Assembly (NCBI GenBank): GCA_964449375.1
Contig: CAYVAS010000008.1
Coordinates: 2,172 to 66,171 of the forward strand
Source: an uncultured Iamiaceae bacterium
Lineage (GTDB): Bacteria; Actinomycetota; Acidimicrobiia; Acidimicrobiales; Iamiaceae
Direction: 5' to 3'
Length of the DNA: 64,000 nt
Shown piece after piece: positions 35,797 through 44,438 of the stretch (its first letter is position 1; each line of letters begins with the position of its first letter). The notes beneath the pieces were generated by a model. It was not told the origin of the DNA and made no database searches. It saw only the letters and a program-made list of their open reading frames with translations. The translations under genes and the position numbers were made by a program.

Positions 35797-37892
35797 TCTC
35801 TCAGGACCTCCGGGAGAGCCCCGGTGTGGAGCACCCGCAACCGCTTGGTGGCACGGGTGAAGGCCACGTACAGCGACCGCATCCCCTGCGGTTCGGAGTC
35901 GATGATGAGTTGGGGTTCCACCACGATCGCGGCGTCGACCTCCAGACCCTTGACCAGGCGCACCGGCACCACCGTGACCTGCTGTTGCAGCCCGTTCAGG
36001 CTGGCCGAACCGTGGTCGACGCCCGCGTCGGTGAGCGCCCGGTCGACCCGGTCCACCAGTGGAGCCGGGGCGATGACCGCGACGTTGCCCTGGCCCACCG
36101 CACCGATCTCCTCGGCGACTGCCCGGGCCAGGGTCGCCTCCAGATCGTCCGCATCGACCCTGGTCACGACCGGAGGGTCGCCTTCGGTGCGGACCGCGGT
36201 GGGCGGGGACAGCTCGGGGGCGACCTCGGCCAGGATCTTGGTCGCGAACCCCATGAGCGGCGCGGGGATCCGGTAGCCGATGGTCAGTTCGGCAACCCGG
36301 GCGCCGCGGCGGTCGGGCAGGTGGTCGAGCACATCGTACCAGTCGTCGTGGCCCCAGGCGCCGGTGGCCTGCGCGATGTCGCCGACCACGGTCATGGACC
36401 CGTTCAACGAGCGACGTCGGAGCATCTCGAGCTGCATGGGTGACAGGTCCTGTGCCTCGTCGACGACGATGTGGCCCCAGGTGCGGATCTCGCCCTCGGG
36501 CGTGCCGTCGGCGCGCACCTTGCCCCGTTGTCTCGGCAGACGCCCGAGGTGGACCGACGCCGCGTCGAGCAGCGGCACGTCCTGCTGGGTCCAGATCACG
36601 TCGTCGACGTGGGCGGACCAGGGGCGGTACAGCAACTCGGCGTCCTCGGGCTCCAGAATGCCCCGGCCGGCGCGCCGCAGCAGCGCTTTGGACCCGAACA
36701 GTTCGTGCAGCAGCTCCGCCGGGGTGAGCACCGGCCACATCCATTCCAACGCGGCGCGCACCTGGCCGTCTTCGCCCAACCGTTCGGCGACGGTGGGGCC
36801 GGCGGTGGGGGTGCGGGCCGACTCGGCGAGCGCGTCGAACACGGACGATTCGACGAAGCGACGGGCTGCGTTGTGGGTGCGGTACCGCCGTCCAGCCTCG
36901 GTCACGATCGCGGCGGAGCGGTCCACGTCCAGGGTGAGGTGGGTCAGCCCGTAGGGCACCCGCAGACGCTCACGCAACGGCTGCCGCCGGTCACGCACCG
37001 CCTGGCGGATCACCCCGGCGATCGACGGGTCGCCCTTGATGCGGGCCACGGGGGGCGCGTCGTCACCGCTCACGGCCACCGGCTCGATCAGATCGGCGAG
37101 CACCGCGAGCTGCACCCCGGCCTCGCCCAGCGAGGGCAGCACCTGTTCGATGTAGGACAGGAACAGCCGGTTGGGGCCCACCACCAGCACCCCCTGGCCC
37201 TCCAGGGGAAAGCGGTGGGTGTAGAGCAGGTATGCGGCGCGGTGCAGTGCAACGACGGTCTTGCCGGTGCCCGGCCCGCCCTGGACCACCAGCACCCCGG
37301 GCAACTCCGAGCGGATGATGCGGTCCTGTTCGACCTGGATCGTGGCGACCACGTCGCCGAGCTGGCCGGTGCGGCCCGACTCCAACGACGCCTCCAACGC
37401 CCGGCGGCCCGACACCCGCCCCTCGAGGTCGTCGTGGGCCCCGTTGCCGCCGAAGTACTCGTCGTCCAGGTCGAGCAGGGTGCGACCCCGGCTTGCGAAA
37501 TGCCTGCGGCGCTGCAGGCCCATGGGGTGCGGGCCGGTGGCCCGGTAGAACGGTTCGGCGACCGGTGCCCGCCAGTCCACCACCACCGCCTCGTGGTCGG
37601 TGTCGGACACCGGGAGACGCCCGATGTAGTAGCTGGAGGGTCCCTCGCCCTCGTCGTCGTCCAGGTCGATGCGGCCGAACACCAGCGAGGCGTCGCCCAG
37701 GTCGAGATCCGAGAGCCGGTCGTCGACCGCGGAATGGATCACGTCACGCTCGTACCGAGCCTGCGCGGTGCCTCCGGCGCCCACCTCGACCATGGTGCGG
37801 AGGCGACTGGCCGAGTCCCGGGCCTCCTCGAGCAGGCGGTAGGCCCGGTCCACGTACTGCTGTTCGGCTTCCAGTTCCGGATCGCTCGGCAT
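35793..37892 (-). CDS. helD: HelD-like UvrD/Rep superfamily-1 helicase (RNA-polymerase-associated type)
   Basis: The N-terminus EAEQQYVDRAYRLLEEAR...YYIGRLPVSD...VVDWRAPVAEPFY is the HelD-specific part. Walker A is VVQGGPGTGKTVVALHRAAYLLY. ATG 37892 was chosen, with ATG 37961 as an alternative. Confidence 0.82.
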   Translation of the reverse strand: MPSDPELEAEQQYVDRAYRLLEEARDSASRLRTMVEVGAGGTAQARYERDVIHSAVDDRLSDLDLGDASLVFGRIDLDDDEGEGPSSYYIGRLPVSDTDHEAVVVDWRAPVAEPFYRATGPHPMGLQRRRHFASRGRTLLDLDDEYFGGNGAHDDLEGRVSGRRALEASLESGRTGQLGDVVATIQVEQDRIIRSELPGVLVVQGGPGTGKTVVALHRAAYLLYTHRFPLEGQGVLVVGPNRLFLSYIEQVLPSLGEAGVQLAVLADLIEPVAVSGDDAPPVARIKGDPSIAGVIRQAVRDRRQPLRERLRVPYGLTHLTLDVDRSAAIVTEAGRRYRTHNAARRFVESSVFDALAESARTPTAGPTVAERLGEDGQVRAALEWMWPVLTPAELLHELFGSKALLRRAGRGILEPEDAELLYRPWSAHVDDVIWTQQDVPLLDAASVHLGRLPRQRGKVRADGTPEGEIRTWGHIVVDEAQDLSPMQLEMLRRRSLNGSMTVVGDIAQATGAWGHDDWYDVLDHLPDRRGARVAELTIGYRIPAPLMGFATKILAEVAPELSPPTAVRTEGDPPVVTRVDADDLEATLARAVAEEIGAVGQGNVAVIAPAPLVDRVDRALTDAGVDHGSASLNGLQQQVTVVPVRLVKGLEVDAAIVVEPQLIIDSEPQGMRSLYVAFTRATKRLRVLHTGALPEVLRE

Positions 37893-38239
37893 GGCTCCAA
37901 TGTGGATGTCGGCCCCCGGGCGTGGCTTCCGGGGCCGGGAGCCGATCGGGGGATCATCCATCCTACCGCTTCGCTCGATCCCCCGGTCGCGGCGCGCCCG
38001 GCCCCCGGTCCTGCCCGGGTCACCCCGGGCGGTGCACGACGAGTCGGTCCCCACCCCGGGAGGCACCGTGCGGTCCGGCGGGTAGCGTCGCGGGTCGTGG
38101 CCGGCCGCGACGATGCAGAATCCGACCGCCGCCACGCCGCCGGGGCCGGTCCGGCTTTTGCCCGCACCCGGGTTCTGGGCGACGATGCAGCGGTGTTCAC
38201 CGCGCTGGCCGAGTGGGTCCACCTCGCGGCGGAGACCCC

Positions 38240-39493
38240 GTGACCGCCGCCCCGGAGCCGATCGTGGCCGACGGTACCGCCCCGCCAGGGTCCCAGGGGC
38301 CGCTCGTGGCGGTCGTCGGCGGCGGCATCGCGGGTCTCAGCGCCGCCTGGCACCTCTCCAGAAGCGGTGCGTCGGTGCTCGTGGTCGAGGCGGACCGGCC
38401 CGGAGGCCAGCTCGCCACCGTGAGCTTCGCAGGACGCGCCGTCGACGAAGGCGCCGACGCGTTCGCCACCGAGCCCCCCGACGCCGTGGACTTCGCCACC
38501 CAGGTGGGCGTCGCCGACCAGCTCGTCGCCCCGTCCACCGACCGGGGTTCCGTGTGGTCCGACGGGGCGTTGCAGGAGGTCCCCCTGGCCCGGATGCCGG
38601 CGTTGTCTGCCGACCCCGACGCCGACGACCTGGCCCGGGCGCTCGCGCCCCCGACCAGCGGCGCCGGCGACCCTGCGGACCCGCCGCTGCTGGCGCCCTC
38701 CGGAGGCATGGCCACCTTCGTGGAGGCCGCCGTGGCCGCCCTGGAGGCCCGCGGCGTGGCGATCCACCGGGGCGTCACCGTGCGCAGCGTCGAGCGCCTG
38801 CAACGGTCCTGGCACGTCATCGCCGACGAGCCGCGCGCCCGGGGGGTGGCGACCGACGTGCTCTTCGAAGCCGAGGCGGTCGTGTTGGCGACTCCGGCGG
38901 CGGTCGCCGGTGGCCTCATCGCGGACCACGCGCCGATCGCCGGCATGCACCTGGGCGCGATCCCGCATGCCTCGGTGGCGACCGCCCTGTTCGCATTCGA
39001 CCCCGCCGACATCGAGTCGCACGCCCGAGGAGCAGGATTCGTGCTGCCCCGCTCCTCGGGGCAGCTGCTCACCGGCGTGCGGTGGCTGTCGTCGACCTGG
39101 GACCACCTCGCCCCGGCCGCCGGTGACGGCACCGTTCTGGTGCAAGCCGCCGCGGGTCGCGCCGGGGACCGCCGGATCGCCGAGCTCGACGACGCCGCGC
39201 TGATCGAACGCCTCGCCACAGAGCTCACCGACCTGCTGGGCGTGGAAGCCGCACCGGTGGCGACCCACCTGCGCCGATGGCCCTCCGCGGTCCCCCGACC
39301 CGCACCGGGTCACGCGGAACGCATCGCCGAAGTCCATGCGGACCTGGAGGCGCTGGACCCACCGGTCGCGGTGGCCGGCAGCGCGTTTCAGGGCGGCGCG
39401 ATCCCCGAGACGATCGCCAGTGGTCGGCGCGCCGCAGAGAGAACCTGGGCCGCGCTGGCTGGCCCACCGGGGCGGTCGGGAGCCCGAAGGTGA
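38240..39493 (+). CDS. hemY: Protoporphyrinogen/coproporphyrinogen III oxidase (HemY/CgoX)
   Basis: 3' part of ORF 37493..39493, from GTG 38240. The FAD motif is VAVVGGGIAGLSAAWHL. Also GGQL...DEGADAF and the C-terminal GSAFQGGAIPETIASG. Confidence 0.85.
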   Translation: MTAAPEPIVADGTAPPGSQGPLVAVVGGGIAGLSAAWHLSRSGASVLVVEADRPGGQLATVSFAGRAVDEGADAFATEPPDAVDFATQVGVADQLVAPSTDRGSVWSDGALQEVPLARMPALSADPDADDLARALAPPTSGAGDPADPPLLAPSGGMATFVEAAVAALEARGVAIHRGVTVRSVERLQRSWHVIADEPRARGVATDVLFEAEAVVLATPAAVAGGLIADHAPIAGMHLGAIPHASVATALFAFDPADIESHARGAGFVLPRSSGQLLTGVRWLSSTWDHLAPAAGDGTVLVQAAAGRAGDRRIAELDDAALIERLATELTDLLGVEAAPVATHLRRWPSAVPRPAPGHAERIAEVHADLEALDPPVAVAGSAFQGGAIPETIASGRRAAERTWAALAGPPGRSGARR

Positions 39494-41076
39494 CCCGACC
39501 GGGAACCTCCGCGCCCGACAAGGGCCGGCGGCGCTGGCTCGGCGCGCTCCCCCGGCCCCGTACCGCCGGGCTGTGCCTGGCCGCCGGGGTGCTCCTCGCC
39601 GGCTCGTTGCCCCCGTGGGGCTTCTGGCCGCTCGCGTTCGCCGGCATCGCCCTGGTCGACGTGCTGCTCGCCGACCGTCCCCGGTGGTCCCGGGTCGGGC
39701 GGATGGGACTGGTCGCACTCGGTCTGTTCGCGATCACCCTGTTCTGGATCAAAGAGCTCACCGCGCCGGGGTACGTGATCGCCGTGGTCGCGTTCGCCGC
39801 CATGTTCGGGCTCGTCGGGCTGATCATCCCCCCGGGCCGGGGTCGGCACCTGGCTCTGCCGGGGGCCTGGGTGATCGCCGAGACCTGGAAGGGATCGTGG
39901 CCCTTCGGAGGGGTGCCGATCTCGGATCTCGCGATCGGGCAGGTCGCCGGCCCCCTGGCGCCCCTCGCCCGGATCGGCGGCGTGGAACTGCTCACCGGGG
40001 TCACCGTGGCCATCGGGGTGATCCTCGCCGCGCTCGTCACCGGCACCCGCCGGGTGCGCCTGATCGCCGGTGCCTGCGCGGTGGCCGTGGTGGTGCTCGT
40101 CGGCGTCGCCCGAGTCGTGCCCCACGGCGGCGACACCGGCGACACGGTCCGGATCGCGGCGGTCCAGGGCGGCGGTCCTCAGGGCACCCGGGCGATCAAC
40201 ACCGACATGACCGAGGTGTTCAACCGCCACTTCGAAGCCACCGAGACGATCGACCGGGACGTCGACGTGATCATCTGGCCCGAAGACGTCGTCGACCTGA
40301 ACGAGGGCGACATCGCCGACGCCGACTCGGACCATGGTCGCTCCCTCGCCTCGCTTGCCCGGACCCGGGACGCCACCATCATCGCCGGGGTCGTCCAACG
40401 CGAAGGCGACGATGCGTTCCGCAACTACTCGGTCGTCGTCGAACCCGACGGCGACTTCGGCGACCGCTACGACAAGGTCCACCGGGTGCCCTTCGGCGAG
40501 TACGTACCGTTGCGGGCGATCGTGGAGCCCTTCGGGGGACCCTCGCTCACCTCCCGGGACGCGATCCCCGGAACCGGGCCGGCGGTGCTGCACACCGACG
40601 AGGGCACCTTCGGGGTGGTGATCTCCTGGGAGGTGTTCTTCGGCGACCGGGCCCGGGCCGCGATCCGCGACGGCGGTGAGATCCTCATCAACCCCACCAA
40701 CGGCTCGACCTACACCGGCACCCTGGTGCAGACCCAGCAGGTCGCGGCCAGCCGGCTCCGGGCCCTGGAGAGTGGCCGTTGGGTGGTCCAGGTCGCACCC
40801 ACGGGTTTCAGCGCGATCATCGACCCCGACGGCACCGTGCAGGCCCGCACCGGCATCTCCGAGGCCGAGGTGCTCTACGCGGACGTGCCCCGCCGTGAGG
40901 GGTTCACCATCGCCACCCGGCTCGGGCCCTGGCCGTTCCTGGGTCTGGCGGTGGCGTCGGTGCTCGCCGGGTGGTGGTCGGCCCGCCGTGCCCGGCCCGA
41001 GGAGACCGCCGAGGGGCCGGCACCGGCGGGCGCCGCGGACGATCCCCGGTCCGCGCCCGCCCCGGTGTCCACTTGA
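39490..41076 (+). CDS. lnt: Apolipoprotein N-acyltransferase homologue (Lnt) with an atypical active site
   Basis: GTG 39490 overlaps the hemY stop (GTGA). Layout is multi-TM N-terminus, then CN-hydrolase domain (IIWPEDVV, YDKVHRVPFGEYVP, GVVISWEVFF), then a final TM. Ser, not Cys, sits at the expected nucleophile position. Confidence 0.8.
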   Translation: MTRPGTSAPDKGRRRWLGALPRPRTAGLCLAAGVLLAGSLPPWGFWPLAFAGIALVDVLLADRPRWSRVGRMGLVALGLFAITLFWIKELTAPGYVIAVVAFAAMFGLVGLIIPPGRGRHLALPGAWVIAETWKGSWPFGGVPISDLAIGQVAGPLAPLARIGGVELLTGVTVAIGVILAALVTGTRRVRLIAGACAVAVVVLVGVARVVPHGGDTGDTVRIAAVQGGGPQGTRAINTDMTEVFNRHFEATETIDRDVDVIIWPEDVVDLNEGDIADADSDHGRSLASLARTRDATIIAGVVQREGDDAFRNYSVVVEPDGDFGDRYDKVHRVPFGEYVPLRAIVEPFGGPSLTSRDAIPGTGPAVLHTDEGTFGVVISWEVFFGDRARAAIRDGGEILINPTNGSTYTGTLVQTQQVAASRLRALESGRWVVQVAPTGFSAIIDPDGTVQARTGISEAEVLYADVPRREGFTIATRLGPWPFLGLAVASVLAGWWSARRARPEETAEGPAPAGAADDPRSAPAPVST

Positions 41077-41155
41077 CCGTACGGTCAGTCATTGGCGAGG
41101 CTGGTCGCTTCATGCTGGCCCCGTGTCCGACCCGCGCAGCGACCACGACCCCCTG

Positions 41156-42433
41156 ATGTCGGTCGACGACCGTCCTCTGCGCGTCGCGTTGCTCGCGTAC
41201 CGGGGCAAACCGCACGTCGGTGGCCAGGGGATCTACATCCGCCATCTGTCCAAGGCGCTGGTCGACCAGGGCCATCACGTCGAGGTGCTCGGCGGGCCCC
41301 CCTATCCGGTACTGGACCCCAGGGTCCCCCTGGTGGAGTTGCCCAGCCTGGAGATCTACAACGACCACTTCCCGATGCGCATGCCCGGGATGTGGGAGCT
41401 GAAGGACTGGACCGACTGGGTCGAGGTGGCCAGCTTCTCGAACGGCACGTTCCCCGAACCGTTGGCGTTCTCGATGCGGGCCTGGCGGCACCTGCGCGGC
41501 CGTGTCGGCGAGTTCGACCTGGTGCACGACAACCAGACCCTGGGTTACGGCCTGATCGGAATCCAACGGGACTTTCCCCTGATCGCCACGATCCACCACC
41601 CCATCACCGTGGACCGTCGCCTGGAACTGTCCCAGGCCGGCGGGTGGTACCGCCGCCTGGCGGTGCGCCGCTGGTACGCGTTCACCCGGATGCAGACCCA
41701 CGTGGCCCGGCGGATCCAGCGGGTCATGACCGTGTCGACCAACTCGTTCAACGACATCGTGCGCGACCACCGGGTCGATCCGGCCCGGATGCACGTGGTG
41801 CCCGTGGGGGTGGACCCGGCGCTGTTCCGCCCGATCCCCGGCATCGAACGCCGCCCCGGCCACCTGGTCACCACCGCGTCGGCCGATTCGGCGATGAAGG
41901 GCCTCACCTACCTGCTCGACGCGGTGGCCAAGTTGCGCACCGAACGCGACGACATCCACCTGACCGTCATCGGCCGCAAGAAGGACGGCGGACCCACCGC
42001 CCGCAAGATCGAGGACCTCGGCCTGGATCCGCACATCTCGTGGGTGTCGGGCGTACCGGACGAACGCATCGTCGAGCTGTACGCCGAGGCCCAGGTGGCC
42101 GTGGTGCCCTCGCTGTACGAAGGGTTCTCGCTGCCTGCCATCGAGGCGATGGCCTGTGGAATCCCGGTGGTCGCCACCACCGGCGGAGCGCTGCCCGAAG
42201 TGGTCGGCACCAACGGGGAGACCGCCCTGTGCGTGCCCCCCGGGGATCCCGAGGCCCTGACCGTGGCGCTGCGTGAAGCGCTGGACGACGAGGACCTGCG
42301 TGCCCGGATCGGCGCCGCGGGCCGGTCTCGGGTGGAGGAACACTGGAGCTGGCAGCGCACCGCCGGCCGCACGATCGACCAGTATCGGGCGCTGCTCGCC
42401 GAACACGACCAGACCAGGAGCCGCACGTGCTGA
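41156..42433 (+). CDS. Glycosyltransferase family 4 (GT-B fold)
   Basis: 3' part of ORF 40676..42433. RVALLAYRGKPHVGGQGIYIRHLSKALVDQGHHV and the EX7E motif PSLYEGFSLPAIEAMACGIPVVAT. The start is ATG 41156 or GTG 41123. Confidence 0.85.
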   Translation: MSVDDRPLRVALLAYRGKPHVGGQGIYIRHLSKALVDQGHHVEVLGGPPYPVLDPRVPLVELPSLEIYNDHFPMRMPGMWELKDWTDWVEVASFSNGTFPEPLAFSMRAWRHLRGRVGEFDLVHDNQTLGYGLIGIQRDFPLIATIHHPITVDRRLELSQAGGWYRRLAVRRWYAFTRMQTHVARRIQRVMTVSTNSFNDIVRDHRVDPARMHVVPVGVDPALFRPIPGIERRPGHLVTTASADSAMKGLTYLLDAVAKLRTERDDIHLTVIGRKKDGGPTARKIEDLGLDPHISWVSGVPDERIVELYAEAQVAVVPSLYEGFSLPAIEAMACGIPVVATTGGALPEVVGTNGETALCVPPGDPEALTVALREALDDEDLRARIGAAGRSRVEEHWSWQRTAGRTIDQYRALLAEHDQTRSRTC

Positions 42434-43233
42434 CCGTGGACTACGACCGCCTCGGCCTGCAGGCCGGCGATCGCCTCCTCGACCTGGGTTGTGGCGGAGG
42501 CCGCCACGCCTTCGAGGCCTTCCGACGCGGCGCGCAGGTCGTCGCGCTCGACTACGAATACGACGAGCTTCCCGAGGTGGCAGGCCTGTTCGCGGCGATG
42601 GCCGCCGACGGTGAACGCACCGAGACCTCCCGGGGGGTCGCCGTCAACGGCGACGCCACCAACCTGGGCTTCGCCGACGACACCTTCGACCGCATCATCG
42701 CCTCGGAGGTCTTCGAACACGTCCCCGACGACGAGGCCGCGTTCGCCGAGCTGACCCGGGTGCTGCGCCCCGGTGGGGTCATGGCGATCACCGTGCCCGC
42801 CTGGCTGCCCGAGAAGATCTGCTGGCGACTGTCCGAGGAGTACCACGCGCCCTTCGTCGAAGGCGGTCACGTCCGCATCTACGACCAGGCCACCCTCCAT
42901 CGCCGCATGCGCGACGCCGGGCTGGAACCCCAGGGTTCCCACCGGGCCCACGCGTTGCATTCGCCGTACTGGTGGCTGCGGTGCGCGGTGGGCCCCACCA
43001 ACGACGACCACCCCCTGGTGCGCGCCTACCACCAGCTGCTGGTGTGGGATCTGTCGGGCACCCCGGTGATCTCGACGGTGACCCGCACCACCGAGCGACT
43101 GCTCGACCCGGTGTTGGGAAAGAGCCTCGTCGTGTACGCTTCCAAACCGCTCCCACGAGCCACCGCGGGCCGGACCAGGAGCCGTGCCCGCCCCGGCGCG
43201 CCCGACGAGCAGAACGAGGTGATCGGTGCCTGA
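42427..43233 (+). CDS. Class I SAM-dependent methyltransferase
   Basis: Motif I LLDLGCGGGRH, then DATNLGFADDTFDRIIASEVFEHV and LRPGGVMAITVP. The start overlaps the GT4 stop by 7 nt. Confidence 0.88.
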   Translation: MLTVDYDRLGLQAGDRLLDLGCGGGRHAFEAFRRGAQVVALDYEYDELPEVAGLFAAMAADGERTETSRGVAVNGDATNLGFADDTFDRIIASEVFEHVPDDEAAFAELTRVLRPGGVMAITVPAWLPEKICWRLSEEYHAPFVEGGHVRIYDQATLHRRMRDAGLEPQGSHRAHALHSPYWWLRCAVGPTNDDHPLVRAYHQLLVWDLSGTPVISTVTRTTERLLDPVLGKSLVVYASKPLPRATAGRTRSRARPGAPDEQNEVIGA

Positions 43234-44359
43234 CGTTCCAGCACGAGACGACGACGGCCTTCCCGGCTTCGGCGACGATCCGGTCGCCCCACCGGTACCC
43301 GCCATCGACGGGGTGATCTCCGACGTGCAGGTGGCGGCCACCAGCGCCGCCATCGTCGACTGGCAGCTCGATTCGGGAATGATCCCGTGGTTCCCCGGCG
43401 GGCACGCGGACCCCTGGAACCACGTGGAAGCCGCGATGGCGCTCGCGATCGCCGGGTTCCGGGCCGAAGCCGAGCTGGCCTACACCTGGCTGGCCGACCT
43501 GCAACGTCCCGACGGCGCCTGGCACCAGTACTACCTGGCCGACCGGGTGGAACAGGACAAGCTGGATGCGAACGTGTGCGCGTACGTCGCCGCGGGGATC
43601 TGGCACCACTGGCTGCTCTTCGAGGACCGTGCCCACCTGGAGAAGCACTGGCCGATGGTCGAGCGGGCGATCGACTTCGTGCTCGACCTGCAGACGCCGC
43701 GGGGCGAGATCCTGTGGGCCCGCCACGCGGATGGCACTCCGTGGTCGTTCGCGCTGCTCACCGGATCGTCCAGCATCTTCCATTCGCTGCGCTGCGCGAT
43801 CGCCATCGCGGAGTCGTTGGGTCACGATCGGCCCGACTGGGAGCTGTCCGCGGAACGCCTCGGATCGGTGATCGCCCACGAACCGAACGCGTTCGCGCCC
43901 AAGCACCGCTGGGCGATGGACTGGTACTACCCGGTGCTGTCGGGCGCGGTCACCGGCGATGCCGCCCTCGAGCGCATCGACGCCCGCTGGGACACCTTTG
44001 TGATGGAGGGTCGTGGCATCAGGTGCGTGTCGGACCGGCCCTGGGTGACCGTGGCCGAGACCTGCGAGTGTGCCATCGCGTGTGCCGCGATGGGCGACCT
44101 GGACCGGGCGCACCAGTTGTTCGCCTGGGCCCAGCAGTACCGGGTCGAGGGCGGCCGCTACTGGACCGGCACGGTCTACCCGGACGAAACCCACTTCCCG
44201 GCCGACGAGCAGTCGACCTACACCGCGGCTGCGGTGGTGCTGGCCGCCGATGCGCTGGCCCGGCCCACCCGGGCGTCGCTGCTGTTCGCCGATGCGGACC
44301 AGGTGCTGCCCCGCGTCGTGGTCGAAGCCCGCGACGACGTGCCCGCCGATCACGACTGA
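43226..44359 (+). CDS. Prenyltransferase/terpene-cyclase-like alpha/alpha-toroid protein (QW-type repeats)
   Basis: The repeats LADLQRPDGAWHQY and VLDLQTPRGEILW resemble QW repeats. The start overlaps the methyltransferase stop by 8 nt. Confidence 0.6.
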   Translation: MPDVPARDDDGLPGFGDDPVAPPVPAIDGVISDVQVAATSAAIVDWQLDSGMIPWFPGGHADPWNHVEAAMALAIAGFRAEAELAYTWLADLQRPDGAWHQYYLADRVEQDKLDANVCAYVAAGIWHHWLLFEDRAHLEKHWPMVERAIDFVLDLQTPRGEILWARHADGTPWSFALLTGSSSIFHSLRCAIAIAESLGHDRPDWELSAERLGSVIAHEPNAFAPKHRWAMDWYYPVLSGAVTGDAALERIDARWDTFVMEGRGIRCVSDRPWVTVAETCECAIACAAMGDLDRAHQLFAWAQQYRVEGGRYWTGTVYPDETHFPADEQSTYTAAAVVLAADALARPTRASLLFADADQVLPRVVVEARDDVPADHD

Positions 44360-44438
44360 CAGACAGAGACGACTACCAGATAGGGACGGAGAGGTCTTTC
44401 GAGACCAGGGTGGAGAACCTCGTGCCGCTCGGCGGATC

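Noticed and set aside
35797-36744. An N-terminal 316-codon extension of the GT-C ORF (34075..36744). The same type of extension occurs at 61318..61962, 57861..58238, 54668..55168, 27231..27545, 26131..26391, 37493..38239, 40676..41155 and 23084..24010.
   Set aside because: These extensions overlap the 3' ends of well-supported upstream genes in another frame and have Arg/Pro/Gly-rich junk composition. Internal starts with RBS-like sequences or 4-nt overlaps give proteins of normal family length.
37893-38239. A rifamycin-associated element (RAE) upstream of the HelD-like gene
   Set aside because: I found no ~19-bp GC-rich palindrome resembling the RAE I recall from HelR/Arr/Rph promoters. I only found the 12-nt direct repeats reported separately. 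My memory of the consensus is imperfect, so a formal motif scan is still advisable.
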